Below are positions 36,175 to 46,222 of a stretch of DNA of 64,000 nucleotides, one piece after another. The stretch is from Telmatospirillum sp. GTDB lineage: Bacteria; Pseudomonadota; Alphaproteobacteria; CACIAM-22H2. The stretch's first letter is position 1, and each line of letters opens with the position of its first letter. A program made the translations under genes and the position numbers. The notes under the pieces were generated by a model, which saw only the letters and a program-made list of their open reading frames with translations, ran no database searches and had not been told where the DNA came from. The DNA lies in the NCBI GenBank assembly GCA_020248985.1, contig JADCGL010000013.1:144654-208653 (forward strand), given 5' to 3'.

Positions 36175-37804
36175 GGCGATTGCGTCCGATATAGGTTTTG
36201 ACATGACCCGACGCGATCTTGAGACCGATGTTGTGATTGTGGGGGCGGGGCCCACGGGAAGTGCGGCCGCGTGGCGCCTCGCGGCGGTCGGCGTTCGCGT
36301 CATCGTCGTCGACAAAGGCAAGCCGTTCGATCCGGCTTCCCTCGACCGGACCAATGCCGATTGGGAACTGCGCCGCGCCAGCGTGCTGTCGTCCAACCCC
36401 AACATCCGCAAAGCGCCCGACGACGATCCTGTCGACGATGCCGAGAGCGACATCAAACCGATGTTCGCCTACGGCACTGGCGGCACCTCCACGCACTGGT
36501 CGGCACATGTGCCGCGATTCCGGCCCGAAGATTTCCGCGTGAAGACGCTGGACGGTGTGGCCAGCGACTGGCCGATCAGCTACGACGATCTCGAGCCCTA
36601 TTATTCGCTCGCCGAAGCGCGCTGGGGCACGGCGTTCGTGGCCGGCGATCCGTCGGCTGCACCGCGCCAGGGTCGGCCGCAGAAGCTGCCGACGATCGGA
36701 GCGCATGGGCGGCGTTTTGCGCGCGCCTTCGATGCGCTTGGCTGGCATTGGTGGCCGGTCGATCTTGTGGTCGGGCGCGATGCCGACAACTCCGAGACCC
36801 AGCATTGCACGCATATCGGGCCATGCGATCTGGGGTGCCCGAGCCGCGTGCGCTCGAGTGCGGAGCCGGCCTTCCTCGATGCAGCGCGCGCTGACGGGAC
36901 GCGGGTGCTGACCGGTACCCGCGCAATTTCGATCGAGACGGGAGCCGACGGCCTTGTGCGAGCTCTCGTGTGCCGCGACGATGCCGGTACCTTTCGCATT
37001 CGTGCCAAGCATGTGGCGCTGGCCGGCAACGCATCGGCGACGGCGCGCTTGCTGCTGCTGTCGCAGACTGGCCGGTCGCCGAACGGACTGGCCAACAGTT
37101 CGGGCCTCGTCGGGCGCGGCCTCATGCTGCACCCCTACGCCAAAATGGATGCGCTGTTCGACGAGCCGATCGGCGCATGGGTTTCCGGCGAGAAGGCAGG
37201 GCTGGTCTCGTTCGAGTTCCTGCAGACCAAGCAAGAGCGCGGGTTCGTGCGCGGCGTGAAGCTGCAGCTTGTCGCAGGGCCGCCGCCTGTTGCCCTTGCC
37301 GAAGGGGCGGTCGTCGGCCGGCGCTTGCCATGGGGGGCGAGTCATCACGCCGCCTTCGAAGCGCGCTTCGATCGCATCTGCGGGTTTACGGTGTGTGCGG
37401 AGGATTTGCCGGAGGATGCAAATCGTATCGTGTTGTCCGACAGCAGGGTCGACCGCGACGGTTTGCCGGCGGCCAAATGGATCTATCGCGTTGCGCCGAA
37501 CGCGCGGCGCGCGCTCGATTTCGGCCTCGCGCGCGCGCAGGACGTGCTGCGCGAAGCGGGCGGGCATACGTTCTTCCGCACCGATCTGCGCGATCAGGCG
37601 GGCTTCCACATCATGGGCACGGCGCGCATGGGCGGCGATCCGTCGCATTCGGTCGTCGATGCGTTCGGGCGCTGCCACGACGTGGCGAATTTGTGGGTGC
37701 TCGACGCCAGCGTTTTCGTGACGGCGTCCGTCGCCAATCCGACCTTGACTGCGCAAGCCCTGGCGCTGCGGGCCGCCGACCATATGCTCGCCCGTCGCCA
37801 CTAG
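36173..37804 (+). CDS. GMC family FAD-dependent oxidoreductase
   Basis: DVVIVGAGPTGS FAD motif, GMC C-terminal active-site region (HIMGTARMG). Start MAIASDIG (36173) or MTRRDLETDVVIV (36203). Confidence 0.8.
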   Translation: MAIASDIGFDMTRRDLETDVVIVGAGPTGSAAAWRLAAVGVRVIVVDKGKPFDPASLDRTNADWELRRASVLSSNPNIRKAPDDDPVDDAESDIKPMFAYGTGGTSTHWSAHVPRFRPEDFRVKTLDGVASDWPISYDDLEPYYSLAEARWGTAFVAGDPSAAPRQGRPQKLPTIGAHGRRFARAFDALGWHWWPVDLVVGRDADNSETQHCTHIGPCDLGCPSRVRSSAEPAFLDAARADGTRVLTGTRAISIETGADGLVRALVCRDDAGTFRIRAKHVALAGNASATARLLLLSQTGRSPNGLANSSGLVGRGLMLHPYAKMDALFDEPIGAWVSGEKAGLVSFEFLQTKQERGFVRGVKLQLVAGPPPVALAEGAVVGRRLPWGASHHAAFEARFDRICGFTVCAEDLPEDANRIVLSDSRVDRDGLPAAKWIYRVAPNARRALDFGLARAQDVLREAGGHTFFRTDLRDQAGFHIMGTARMGGDPSHSVVDAFGRCHDVANLWVLDASVFVTASVANPTLTAQALALRAADHMLARRH

Positions 37805-37821
37805 GTTGGGTGCATGCGCCG

Positions 37822-38796
37822 TCAAAGAATATCCTCGCGGATGCAGGCAACCGCCCCGCCGCCGGCGCGCGCGCGCAGCTTTGGGCGGGCGTCGGCGCAG
37901 GCCGGCAGAGCGTAGCGGCAGCGCGTGCGGAACACGCAGCCCGACGGCGGATTGGCGGGACTCGGAATGTCGCCGGTCAACACGACCTTGCGGCGTGCCC
38001 GCGCAGGATCGGGCACGGGGGCTGCTGCCAGCAGCGCTTCCGTATAGGGATGGCGCGGCTGCGCGAAGATGCTGTCGACCGGCCCTTCTTCCATCACGCG
38101 CCCGAGATACATGACGACGACGCGGTCGCTGATATGCTCGACGACATTGAGGTCGTGCGAGATGAACAGCATCGCAAGGCCGAGATCGCGCTGGAGTCCT
38201 GCGAGCAGATTGACGATCTGGGCCTGGATCGACACGTCCAGGGCCGAAACGGGCTCGTCGGCGACGATGAAATCGGGTTCGACCGCAAGTGCCCGCGCGA
38301 TGACGATGCGCTGGCGCTGGCCGCCCGAGAATTCGTGCGGATAGCGATCGAGATGCGCCGCCCCAAGCCCGACGCGTTCGAGCAATGCCAAGATGCGGCT
38401 TTGGCGCGAGTCCGCGTCGCCGATTCCGTGGATGTCGAGTGCTTCGCCGACGATGTTCTTGACCGTCATGCGCGGATCGAGGCTCGCATACGGGTCTTGG
38501 AAGATGATCTGCATCTGGCGGCGGAAGGGCCGCAACGCCGTGCGGTCCAGCCTGGTGATGTCTTGCCCGCGAAAGCGGATATTGCCGGCCGTGGGATCTG
38601 TGAGGCGCAGCACCGTGCGCCCGACGGTCGTCTTGCCTGAGCCGGACTCGCCGACGAGCCCCACGACTTCGCCGGGCATGATGCGGAACGAAACATCGTC
38701 GACCGCGCGGATTGCCGGCTGTGGCTTGCCGAAAAGCCTTTTGGCACCGCCAAACGCTTTGACGAGCCCCACGACTTCGAGCAGGGGCGGCCTCAC
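37822..38796 (-). CDS. ABC transporter ATP-binding protein (DppF-like)
   Basis: GTG start ([17 protein letters not shown]) overlapping the upstream stop (GTGA). GESGSGKTT, FSGGQRQR. Confidence 0.85.
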   Translation of the reverse strand: MRPPLLEVVGLVKAFGGAKRLFGKPQPAIRAVDDVSFRIMPGEVVGLVGESGSGKTTVGRTVLRLTDPTAGNIRFRGQDITRLDRTALRPFRRQMQIIFQDPYASLDPRMTVKNIVGEALDIHGIGDADSRQSRILALLERVGLGAAHLDRYPHEFSGGQRQRIVIARALAVEPDFIVADEPVSALDVSIQAQIVNLLAGLQRDLGLAMLFISHDLNVVEHISDRVVVMYLGRVMEEGPVDSIFAQPRHPYTEALLAAAPVPDPARARRKVVLTGDIPSPANPPSGCVFRTRCRYALPACADARPKLRARAGGGAVACIREDIL

Positions 38797-39812
38797 ATTT
38801 CGCTCCACAGGAAACAGCGCGACGCGCGGCCGACACCGGCCTCGATGAGCGGCGGCATGGCTGCATTGCATTCGGCGCGCGCCATGGCGCAGCGCGGCGC
38901 GAAGGCGCAGCCCGCCGGCAGTTCGAGCGGGTTGGGCACGTTGCCGGGAATGGCCGCGAGCGGGATGCGGCGTCCTTGCGCGTCGCGACGCCGGCCCGCG
39001 ACGGCCATCGAGGCGAGCAGGCCACGCGTGTAGGGATGCAGCGGTTTGGCGAAAACGTCGCGTACCGCACCGCTTTCGACGACGCGGCCCGCATACATGA
39101 CGACGACGCGGTCCGCCATTTCGGCCACCACGCCCATATTATGCGTGACGAACAGAATGCCCATATTCGCCGCTGACGCTTTGAGGCCGCGCAGCAATTC
39201 GAGGATCTGCGCTTGGATCGTCACGTCGAGCGCTGTCGTCGGTTCGTCGGCGATCAGCACGGCAGGGCTGCATGCGAGCGCCATTGCGATCATCACGCGC
39301 TGGCGCATACCGCCCGACATCGTGTGCGGATAGTCGTCCGCCCGGCGCGCGGGATCGGCAATGCCGACTTCGCGCAGCAGATCGATCGCCGCATCCCATG
39401 CCGCTTTGCGCGCAACGCCGCGATGCTCGACGATCGCCTCGGCGATCTGGTCGCCGACCGTGTAGAGCGGATTGAGGCTCGTCATTGGCTCTTGGAAGAT
39501 CATCGCGATCTCGTCGCCGCGCAGGCGCTGCATCGCATCTTCGGAAAGCTTTCCGAGATCGACGATCTCGCCCGTGCGGCGACGGAAGAGAATTTGGCCG
39601 TCCACGACGCGGCCCGGTCGGTCGACCAATCCCATCACCGAAAGGCACATCACGGATTTGCCCGAACCGGACTCGCCCACGATCGCGACGGTCTCGCCGC
39701 GCCGCAAATCGACATCGACGGATTCGACCGAACGCACGATTCCGCCCTCGGTTGGGAAATGGGTCGTCAGTCCGGTGACGGACAAAACGGTATCATCGGG
39801 CAGGGACCCCAT
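38793..39812 (-). CDS. ABC transporter ATP-binding protein (DppD-like)
   Basis: [17 protein letters not shown], oligopeptide-type C-terminus. Confidence 0.9.
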   Translation of the reverse strand: MGSLPDDTVLSVTGLTTHFPTEGGIVRSVESVDVDLRRGETVAIVGESGSGKSVMCLSVMGLVDRPGRVVDGQILFRRRTGEIVDLGKLSEDAMQRLRGDEIAMIFQEPMTSLNPLYTVGDQIAEAIVEHRGVARKAAWDAAIDLLREVGIADPARRADDYPHTMSGGMRQRVMIAMALACSPAVLIADEPTTALDVTIQAQILELLRGLKASAANMGILFVTHNMGVVAEMADRVVVMYAGRVVESGAVRDVFAKPLHPYTRGLLASMAVAGRRRDAQGRRIPLAAIPGNVPNPLELPAGCAFAPRCAMARAECNAAMPPLIEAGVGRASRCFLWSEM

Positions 39813-39860
39813 GGCGCTCCAGTCGCGGCAAATTCTCCGAATATCTTGGCGACAACGATC

Positions 39861-39871
39861 TTGTAATACAA
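39861..39871. promoter_or_regulatory. palindromic operator candidate TTGTA-A-TACAA
   Basis: Perfect 5-1-5 palindrome in the 113-bp divergent region between the ATPase pair and the SDR operon; identical core recurs at 49604. Confidence 0.45.
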
Positions 39872-39925
39872 GTAGACAATAGCTAGCATCCCCGTCGTTG
39901 TTGATTTTGAGATCGCGGAGGGGCA

Positions 39926-40693
39926 GTGCCTCGGTTGTTCGGCAAGGTTGCTATCGTCACCGGCGGCGCCAACGGCATGGGCCGCGCAACCGCTCTTCTT
40001 TTCGCCCGCGAGGGCGCCAAAGTTGTCGTCGGCGACGTCGATGCGGCGGCGGGGGCATCGGCTGTTGCCGAGGCGAAAGCGGCAGGCGGCGAACTCGTCT
40101 ATCGCCATTGTGACGTGGCGAAGGAAGCCGACGTGGCCGGCCTCGTCGCGCACGCGGAAGCAACGTTCGGCAAGCTCGACACGATTTTCAACAATGCCGG
40201 CATCGAACAGCCCGTCACGCCGTCGACCGACGTCAGCGAAGAACTCTTCGAGCGCGTGATCGGCATCAATCTCAAAGGCACCTTCTTCGGCTGCAAACAC
40301 GCCATCCCCGCCTTGCTGCGCAACGGCGGCGGGACGATCGTGAACAATTCGTCGGTCTCGGCTTTTGCCAATGTCGGCTGCAACATCTCGTATGCCGCTT
40401 CGAAGGGCGCGGTCATGTCGATGACGCGCGTGCTGGCGATCGAATACGCGACGCGCGGCATCCGCGTGAACGCGATCAATCCGGGCGTCATTGATACCGA
40501 AATGAATGTGCGTAACAAGGCTCGCGCGGCTGATGCCGAGGCGTGGACGAAGCGCTCGCTTGCCGTGACGCCGATGGGGCGCATGGGGAGCGGTATCGAG
40601 ATCGCCGAAACGGTGCTCTATCTCGCCTCCGACCAGTCCTCCTTCGTCACGGGCATCGGTTTGCTGATTGACGGCGGCAGGGTCGCCACGTGA
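39926..40693 (+). CDS. SDR family oxidoreductase
   Basis: GTG start, RBS CGGAGGGG, TGGANGMG Rossmann motif. Confidence 0.85.
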   Translation: MPRLFGKVAIVTGGANGMGRATALLFAREGAKVVVGDVDAAAGASAVAEAKAAGGELVYRHCDVAKEADVAGLVAHAEATFGKLDTIFNNAGIEQPVTPSTDVSEELFERVIGINLKGTFFGCKHAIPALLRNGGGTIVNNSSVSAFANVGCNISYAASKGAVMSMTRVLAIEYATRGIRVNAINPGVIDTEMNVRNKARAADAEAWTKRSLAVTPMGRMGSGIEIAETVLYLASDQSSFVTGIGLLIDGGRVAT

Positions 40694-41436
40694 GCGGGCG
40701 GCTTGCGGGCAAAGTCGCGGTCGTCACCGGCGGTGCGCGCGGCATTGGCCGCGCCGTCGTCGGCGCTTTTGCGACCGAGGGTGCCATCGTCCACGCGCTC
40801 GACCGTTTCGGCGACGAGGTTGAAGCGGTTGCGGCGGCGGGCCGCGCTGCGGGCGGGTCTGTTCGAGCACGCACGCTTGATTTGCGTGATGCGGCTTCAG
40901 TCGCGGCTACATTTGCCGCAATCGAAGCGGAAGCCGGACGCATCGACGTGCTCGTCAACAATGCCGGCGTGATCTTCTTCAAGCCCATCGAGGCCGTGTC
41001 GGTCGAGGACTGGGACAATCTGATGGCCGTCAATCTGCGCGGGCCGTTTTTGTGCGCGCGCGCCGTGGCGCCGGGCATGAAGGCGCGGCGGGCGGGTGCG
41101 ATCATCAACGTCTCGTCGAATGCTGGCGTGCGCGGCGGCAACAACGAGACAACCTATTGCGCATCGAAATTCGGCATCGAAGGCCTGTCGCGCGCACTCG
41201 CCATCGAAATGGCGACCTACAATGTTTCGGTCAACACGATCACGCCGGGCCATCCCGTGCATACGGCGATGAGCGAGACGACCTATACCGAAGAACAGCG
41301 GCAAATCTGGAAGGATCCGGCAGAGATTGCGCCCGCCTTCGTCCATCTCGCATTGCAGGATGCCTCCGGCCTCAATGACCGCTATGTGCGCGCCTGGGAC
41401 CTCGTGCAGGAACTGCGCGCAGGGAAGGCCGCCTGA
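40690..41436 (+). CDS. SDR family oxidoreductase
   Basis: GTG start overlapping the upstream stop (GTGA); TGGARGIG. Confidence 0.85.
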   Translation: MSGRLAGKVAVVTGGARGIGRAVVGAFATEGAIVHALDRFGDEVEAVAAAGRAAGGSVRARTLDLRDAASVAATFAAIEAEAGRIDVLVNNAGVIFFKPIEAVSVEDWDNLMAVNLRGPFLCARAVAPGMKARRAGAIINVSSNAGVRGGNNETTYCASKFGIEGLSRALAIEMATYNVSVNTITPGHPVHTAMSETTYTEEQRQIWKDPAEIAPAFVHLALQDASGLNDRYVRAWDLVQELRAGKAA

Positions 41437-41449
41437 TACGCCGCGGGTG

Positions 41450-41465
41450 CGGACCAAGTTTTGCA
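41450..41465 (+). promoter_or_regulatory. weak sigma-54-like element (cGGacc-N5-TTGCA)
   Basis: GG/GC spacing correct, perfect -12 TTGCA, degenerate -24. Between the SDR stop and the SBP start. Confidence 0.25.
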
Positions 41466-41505
41466 AAGCTTCGACGCGTTCATTTCAAACCATAGGAGCT
41501 CCGCC

Positions 41506-43113
41506 ATGTCGTCCAGCCGTCGCACCGTGCTCAAGACCGGTGCAGCCTCGCTTGCCCTTCTTGCCGCCCCCACAATCGCGCGTGCCCAAGCCACTGCAGC
41601 AAATACGCTGATTTGGGCCGACGATTCCAACAGCGACGTGACCTACGATCCGCGCGTTACGCAGTCGCGCCACGAAGAACAGGTAATCGTCCAGGTTTTC
41701 GACCAGCTCATCATGTCCGACGAGACGGGCAAGCTGTCGCCGGGTCTCGCCACAGCCTGGGAAATGTCGCCGGACGCAACCTCGGTGCGTCTCAGTCTGC
41801 GCAACGACGTCAAATTCCACGATGGCACGCCGTTCAACGCCGAAGCCGTCAAATTCACGATGGACACGATCGCCGATCCCGCCACGGGCTCGCAAGGTGC
41901 GGTCGATATGTTGGGGCCCTACGACAAGACCGAGATTTTGGGTTCGCACGAGGTGCGCATCAATTTCAAGGCGCCGAATGCGGGCATTCTCGACACGCTC
42001 ACGGAAAACGAGCTATCGATCGTGAGCCCCGCCGCCGTGCAGCGCCTTGGCAATACGGGCTTCGCGCAAGCGCCCGTTGGCACGGGGCCGTTCCGCTTCG
42101 TGTCGTGGGAACGCGGCCGCGAGGTCGTGCTCGACCGCAACCCCGACTATGCATGGGCACCGACCTGGTCGACGGTTCAGGGCCCTTCGAACGTCCAACG
42201 CATCGTGCACCGCTTTATTCCGAACAACGCCACGCGCGTTGCGGCCCTCGAAGCGGGCGAGGTCCATATCGGCGACATTCTGCCGGCCCTCGACACCAAG
42301 CGACTTGCCGATTCCGGCAAATTCAAGGCGATGATCGGCGTGGCGGCGGGCCTGTCGTTCGGCGCCTTGCTCAACACGTCGCGCGGGCCGTTCGACGACA
42401 TCCGCGTGCGCCGCGCCTTCATGCATTCGATCGACCGGCCGCGTCTGGCGCAGAATCTCTATTTCGGCATCATCAAAGCTGCGTTCGGTCCGCTCGCACC
42501 GTCCACGCCGGGCTATTGGGCGGGGGGCGAGCAGTATTTCCCGTTCGACCGCGCGTTGGCGAACCGGCTGCTCGACGAAGCGGGCTGGACGATGGGGCCC
42601 AACGGGATCCGCGTGAAAAACGGCCAGCCGCTGCGCGTCTTCTTCCCGTCGCTGTTGCTGCCCGACGTCGCGGTCGCGTTGCAGTCCGAAGCGCGGCGCG
42701 TGGGCTTCGACATCGCGGTCGAGAACGTGCTTAAGCAGCGTCAGGACGAACTGCTGATGACCAATCAGTACGAGATGGCTGTGATCCGCTGGGTCTCGAA
42801 CGACCCGGGCGTGCTGCGCATCCCGTTCCATTCCTCGAACATCCCCGAGCCCGGCAAGTTCAAGTTCAACTGGGCGCGGGTCAACGATCCGGCTATGGAC
42901 GATCTGATTGCCAAGGCAGCCCAGGCACGCACGGCGGCCGAGCGTACGTCGCTGTTTGCGGCCCTGCAGAAAGACATCATGGACCGGGCGATCTTCTTTC
43001 CGATCCACGACCAGGTGCAGACGGTCGCGCACTCGGCCCGCGTTTCGGGCCTGCGCTACGCGCGCGGCAATTGGCAGATGCGCTTCCACGAAGCGCGGTT
43101 GGCGACGGCGTAA
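41506..43113 (+). CDS. ABC transporter substrate-binding protein, family 5, Tat signal
   Basis: Start MSSSRRTVLKTGAASLALLAAPTIARAQA with GGAG RBS. Confidence 0.85.
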   Translation: MSSSRRTVLKTGAASLALLAAPTIARAQATAANTLIWADDSNSDVTYDPRVTQSRHEEQVIVQVFDQLIMSDETGKLSPGLATAWEMSPDATSVRLSLRNDVKFHDGTPFNAEAVKFTMDTIADPATGSQGAVDMLGPYDKTEILGSHEVRINFKAPNAGILDTLTENELSIVSPAAVQRLGNTGFAQAPVGTGPFRFVSWERGREVVLDRNPDYAWAPTWSTVQGPSNVQRIVHRFIPNNATRVAALEAGEVHIGDILPALDTKRLADSGKFKAMIGVAAGLSFGALLNTSRGPFDDIRVRRAFMHSIDRPRLAQNLYFGIIKAAFGPLAPSTPGYWAGGEQYFPFDRALANRLLDEAGWTMGPNGIRVKNGQPLRVFFPSLLLPDVAVALQSEARRVGFDIAVENVLKQRQDELLMTNQYEMAVIRWVSNDPGVLRIPFHSSNIPEPGKFKFNWARVNDPAMDDLIAKAAQARTAAERTSLFAALQKDIMDRAIFFPIHDQVQTVAHSARVSGLRYARGNWQMRFHEARLATA

Positions 43114-43170
43114 ATCGGCAGGCGGGTCGGCTGCGGTCGGCCCGCCTGCGCTTCTTCATGAGGCGCTGAG

Positions 43171-44097
43171 ATGGGGTATTTCGGGCGGCGGATATTGGGC
43201 GTCATTCCGGTGATCATGGTCACCTGGACGCTCGTGTTTGTCGTGCTGCAGATCATCCCGGGCGATCCCGTCAATCTGATGCTGGCCGGCGTGCCTGCAT
43301 CCGAAGAGGTGCGTGCGCGCGAACGCGAGCGGCTGGGACTCAACAAGCCGGTCGTCGAACGCTATTTCTCGTTTCTTGCGCGCGCGGCGCAAGGCGATCT
43401 CGGCGACAGTTTCCGCTCGCGCCGGCCCGTGACCGACATGATCGCCGAGCAGATGTGGCCGACGATCGAGCTCGCCCTCGGCGGCCTTGCGGTGGGACTT
43501 TCACTCGGCATCGTTTTGGGCGTGCTTGCGGGCATAAGGCCGAATGGTTGGGTCGACAGCAGCTGCATGGCGCTCGCCATGGTTGGGGTATCGCTTCCGA
43601 GCTTCTGGATCGGCATGATGCTGATCTATGTGTTCGGCACGGTGCTGATGTGGGTGCCTATCACGGGGCGCGGGTTCGATGCGCTGGTCTTGCCGTCGAT
43701 TACGGTCGGCCTCTTTATCGCCGGCGGTTTTGCGCGGCTTGTGCGTTCGTCTATCGTCGAGGCGATGGGGCAGGATTATGTGCGCACGGCGCGCGCCAAG
43801 GGCCTGCCGCGCCGCAAAGTCGTGCTCAAACACGCGCTGCGCAACGCGCTGATCCCGCCCGTTACGCTGCTCGGCATCCAATTCGCACTTCTGATCGGCG
43901 GGGCGGTCGTTACTGAAAACGTATTCGCACGACCGGGGCTCGGCACGATGCTTGTCGATGCGGTGCTGACCAAAGACATGCCGCTTGTCCAGGCACTGAT
44001 CGTCTACAAGACCGCCGCCTATGTCGTGATCAATGCCGCGATCGACATCGTCTACGGCATCATCGATCCGCGCGTGCGAATGGCGCAGAATTCATGA
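43171..44097 (+). CDS. ABC transporter permease (DppB-like)
   Basis: DppB-type topology, 308 aa. Confidence 0.85.
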   Translation: MGYFGRRILGVIPVIMVTWTLVFVVLQIIPGDPVNLMLAGVPASEEVRARERERLGLNKPVVERYFSFLARAAQGDLGDSFRSRRPVTDMIAEQMWPTIELALGGLAVGLSLGIVLGVLAGIRPNGWVDSSCMALAMVGVSLPSFWIGMMLIYVFGTVLMWVPITGRGFDALVLPSITVGLFIAGGFARLVRSSIVEAMGQDYVRTARAKGLPRRKVVLKHALRNALIPPVTLLGIQFALLIGGAVVTENVFARPGLGTMLVDAVLTKDMPLVQALIVYKTAAYVVINAAIDIVYGIIDPRVRMAQNS

Positions 44098-44978
44098 CCG
44101 CGATGGCCGCAACGCCGATGCCGAAACAAGGCGGGTTCCGGGCGATCCGCTTCCTTCGGCGTCTGTTTCTGCACCCCGGTGCGATGGTCGGCACGGTGGT
44201 TTTCGCCGTGCTGGTTCTTGCGGCGATCTTGGCTCCCGCGATCGCACCCTACGACTGGAACGAGACGGATGCGGGGCCGCGTCTTTCGGCGCCAAGTGCG
44301 GAACATTTATTCGGCACGGATCTGCACGGCCGCGACGTGTTCTCGCGGGTGATTGCAGGCGGGCGCTATTCGATCTCGCTGGGGATCGCCACGGTGCTCA
44401 TGTCGCTGATGTTGGGCAGCCTCATCGGCGTGTTTCTGGGCTTCACCGGCGGCAAGATCGACGCGTGGGGATGCCGCTTTCTCGACGTATTGCTCGGTTT
44501 TCCGGCCATCGTGCTTGCGATCATGATCGTCTCGGTGATGGGCGTGGGGCTCGTCAATGTGGTGATCGCGGTCGCGATTGCGGGCGTGCCGCGTTTTGCG
44601 CGCGTCGTGCGCGGGGCGGTCCTCGTGCTGCGCGAGCAGCTCTATGTGGAGGCCGCCCGCGCATTGGGTGCGTCGGACGCTCGCATCATGCGTCGCCATC
44701 TGCTGCCCAACGTCGCTTCGACGTTGGTGGTGCTGGGCACGCTCGATCTCGGCAATGCGATCCTGTCGACGGCGACATTATCGTTCTTGGGGCTCGGTGC
44801 CCAGCCGCCCACGCCCGAATGGGGCACGATGCTGTCGGGCGGGCGCGAGTTCATGCGCTACGCGCCCTGGACCATGATCTTTCCGGGCATGGCGCTGTTT
44901 CTCATCGTGATGTCCGTCAATCTTGTCGGCGACAGGCTGAGCCAGGTTCTCGACCCCAAGGCCAAGGATCGGCGATGA
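44094..44978 (+). CDS. ABC transporter permease (DppC-like)
   Basis: ATGA overlap with the upstream gene; DppC-type. Confidence 0.85.
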   Translation: MTAMAATPMPKQGGFRAIRFLRRLFLHPGAMVGTVVFAVLVLAAILAPAIAPYDWNETDAGPRLSAPSAEHLFGTDLHGRDVFSRVIAGGRYSISLGIATVLMSLMLGSLIGVFLGFTGGKIDAWGCRFLDVLLGFPAIVLAIMIVSVMGVGLVNVVIAVAIAGVPRFARVVRGAVLVLREQLYVEAARALGASDARIMRRHLLPNVASTLVVLGTLDLGNAILSTATLSFLGLGAQPPTPEWGTMLSGGREFMRYAPWTMIFPGMALFLIVMSVNLVGDRLSQVLDPKAKDRR

Positions 44979-45018
44979 TCGCCGAAACAAGAAACGCAAC
45001 CGAATCGGAGCAAGCGCA

Positions 45019-46212
45019 GTGATTACTTCCAAACGTTTTGCCAAACGCGTCTCGATCAAAGAATCGTCGGTGCGCACGCGCATGCTCGACATTGCCGCCG
45101 GCCTCAAGGACGTAATCGCGCTCGGCCGCGGCGACCCGGATCTCGACACGCCCGCCCATATCGTTGCCGCCGGCCAGAACGCGCTCGGCAACGGCGCCAC
45201 GCACTACACCCATCCGCTTGGCATGCCGCAGTTGCGCGAGGCCATCGCCGCGTCGATCAAGAAGAATGGCGGAGGCGACTATTCGGCCGACGAGATCGTG
45301 GTGACGGCGGGTGCGCAAGAATCGATGTTCGTGGCGATGCTGGCGCTGATCGACCCCGAAGACGAGGTGATCATTCCGTCGCCCGGCTACAACTCGTACC
45401 ACCAGGCGGTCGAGCTCGCGGGCGGGCGTTGCGTCAACGTGCCGACCTACGAGCGCGACGGTTTTGCGCTGACGGCCGAAGCAGTCGCAGCCAAGCTCAC
45501 GCCCAAATCGCGCATGCTGTGCCTGATCAATCCTTCGAACCCGACCGGCATGGTGATACCACCTTCCGAGATCGAAAAGCTCGCAGCTCTTGCGATCAAA
45601 CACGATTTGATCGTGATCTCGGACGAGATCTATGCTCGCCTCGTCTACGACAATGCCCGCGTGCTGCCGGTCGCGTCGTTGCCCGGCATGAAGGAACGCA
45701 CGATCACGATCGACGGTTTCTCGAAGGCCTATGCGATGACGGGCTGGCGCGTGGGCTATTTCGCGGCCCCCAGCCACTTCGCCAAGGCGATGGCCGAGAT
45801 CCATCACGGTCTTGCGATCTGCGCGCCGGCCGTGAGCCAGCATGCCGCCCTTGCCGCGCTCTCGGGGCCGCAGGATTGCGTCGAGGCCGCACGCAAAGAG
45901 TACGATGCGCGGCGCAACGTGATGATGGCCGCGCTCGACCGCATGGGCCTCGGCTATGCGCGGCCCAACGGCGCCTTTTACGTCTACGCCAACGTCGCTT
46001 CGACCGGCATTTCGGCGTCCGAGTTTTGCGTACGCCTGCTGCAGGAAGGCAAGGTGATGATGTTCCCGGGCTCGCTGTTCGGCGACCATTGCGACGACTA
46101 TGTGCGCATCTCGCTGCTGCAGCCGATCGCGAAGGTCGAGGAAGCTGCCCGCCGCATGGAAGCCGTCGTCAAGGCCATCAAGGCCGAAAAGAAATCCGTT
46201 CAACCCGTCTGA
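45019..46212 (+). CDS. class I/II PLP-dependent aminotransferase (aspartate-aminotransferase-like)
   Basis: GTG start with GGAG RBS. SKAYAMTGWRVGY Lys-pyridoxal motif region. 397 aa. Confidence 0.8.
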   Translation: MITSKRFAKRVSIKESSVRTRMLDIAAGLKDVIALGRGDPDLDTPAHIVAAGQNALGNGATHYTHPLGMPQLREAIAASIKKNGGGDYSADEIVVTAGAQESMFVAMLALIDPEDEVIIPSPGYNSYHQAVELAGGRCVNVPTYERDGFALTAEAVAAKLTPKSRMLCLINPSNPTGMVIPPSEIEKLAALAIKHDLIVISDEIYARLVYDNARVLPVASLPGMKERTITIDGFSKAYAMTGWRVGYFAAPSHFAKAMAEIHHGLAICAPAVSQHAALAALSGPQDCVEAARKEYDARRNVMMAALDRMGLGYARPNGAFYVYANVASTGISASEFCVRLLQEGKVMMFPGSLFGDHCDDYVRISLLQPIAKVEEAARRMEAVVKAIKAEKKSVQPV

Positions 46213-46222
46213 GGAGATCGCT

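Noticed and set aside
36164-39094. 976-aa minus-strand ORF (and similar giants: 54119..57358 1079 aa; 24871..27027 718 aa; upstream parts of 17089..19500, 2224..4257, 58350..60524, 34224..35798)
   Set aside because: Arg/Ala/Gly-rich low-complexity translations lying antisense to, or out of frame with, well-supported genes. Typical high-GC open-frame artefacts. Only their C-terminal segments (permease, panE, cbpM, DegT) are real.
39813-39925. Sigma-54 element in the ATPase/SDR divergent spacer
   Set aside because: No GG-N10-GC arrangement on either strand. This spacer probably uses sigma-70 promoters plus the palindromic operator.
44975-45022. Tiny ORF MIAETRNATESEQAQ between dppC-like and the aminotransferase
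   Set aside because: 15 codons, overlaps the dppC stop and the aminotransferase RBS; no support.
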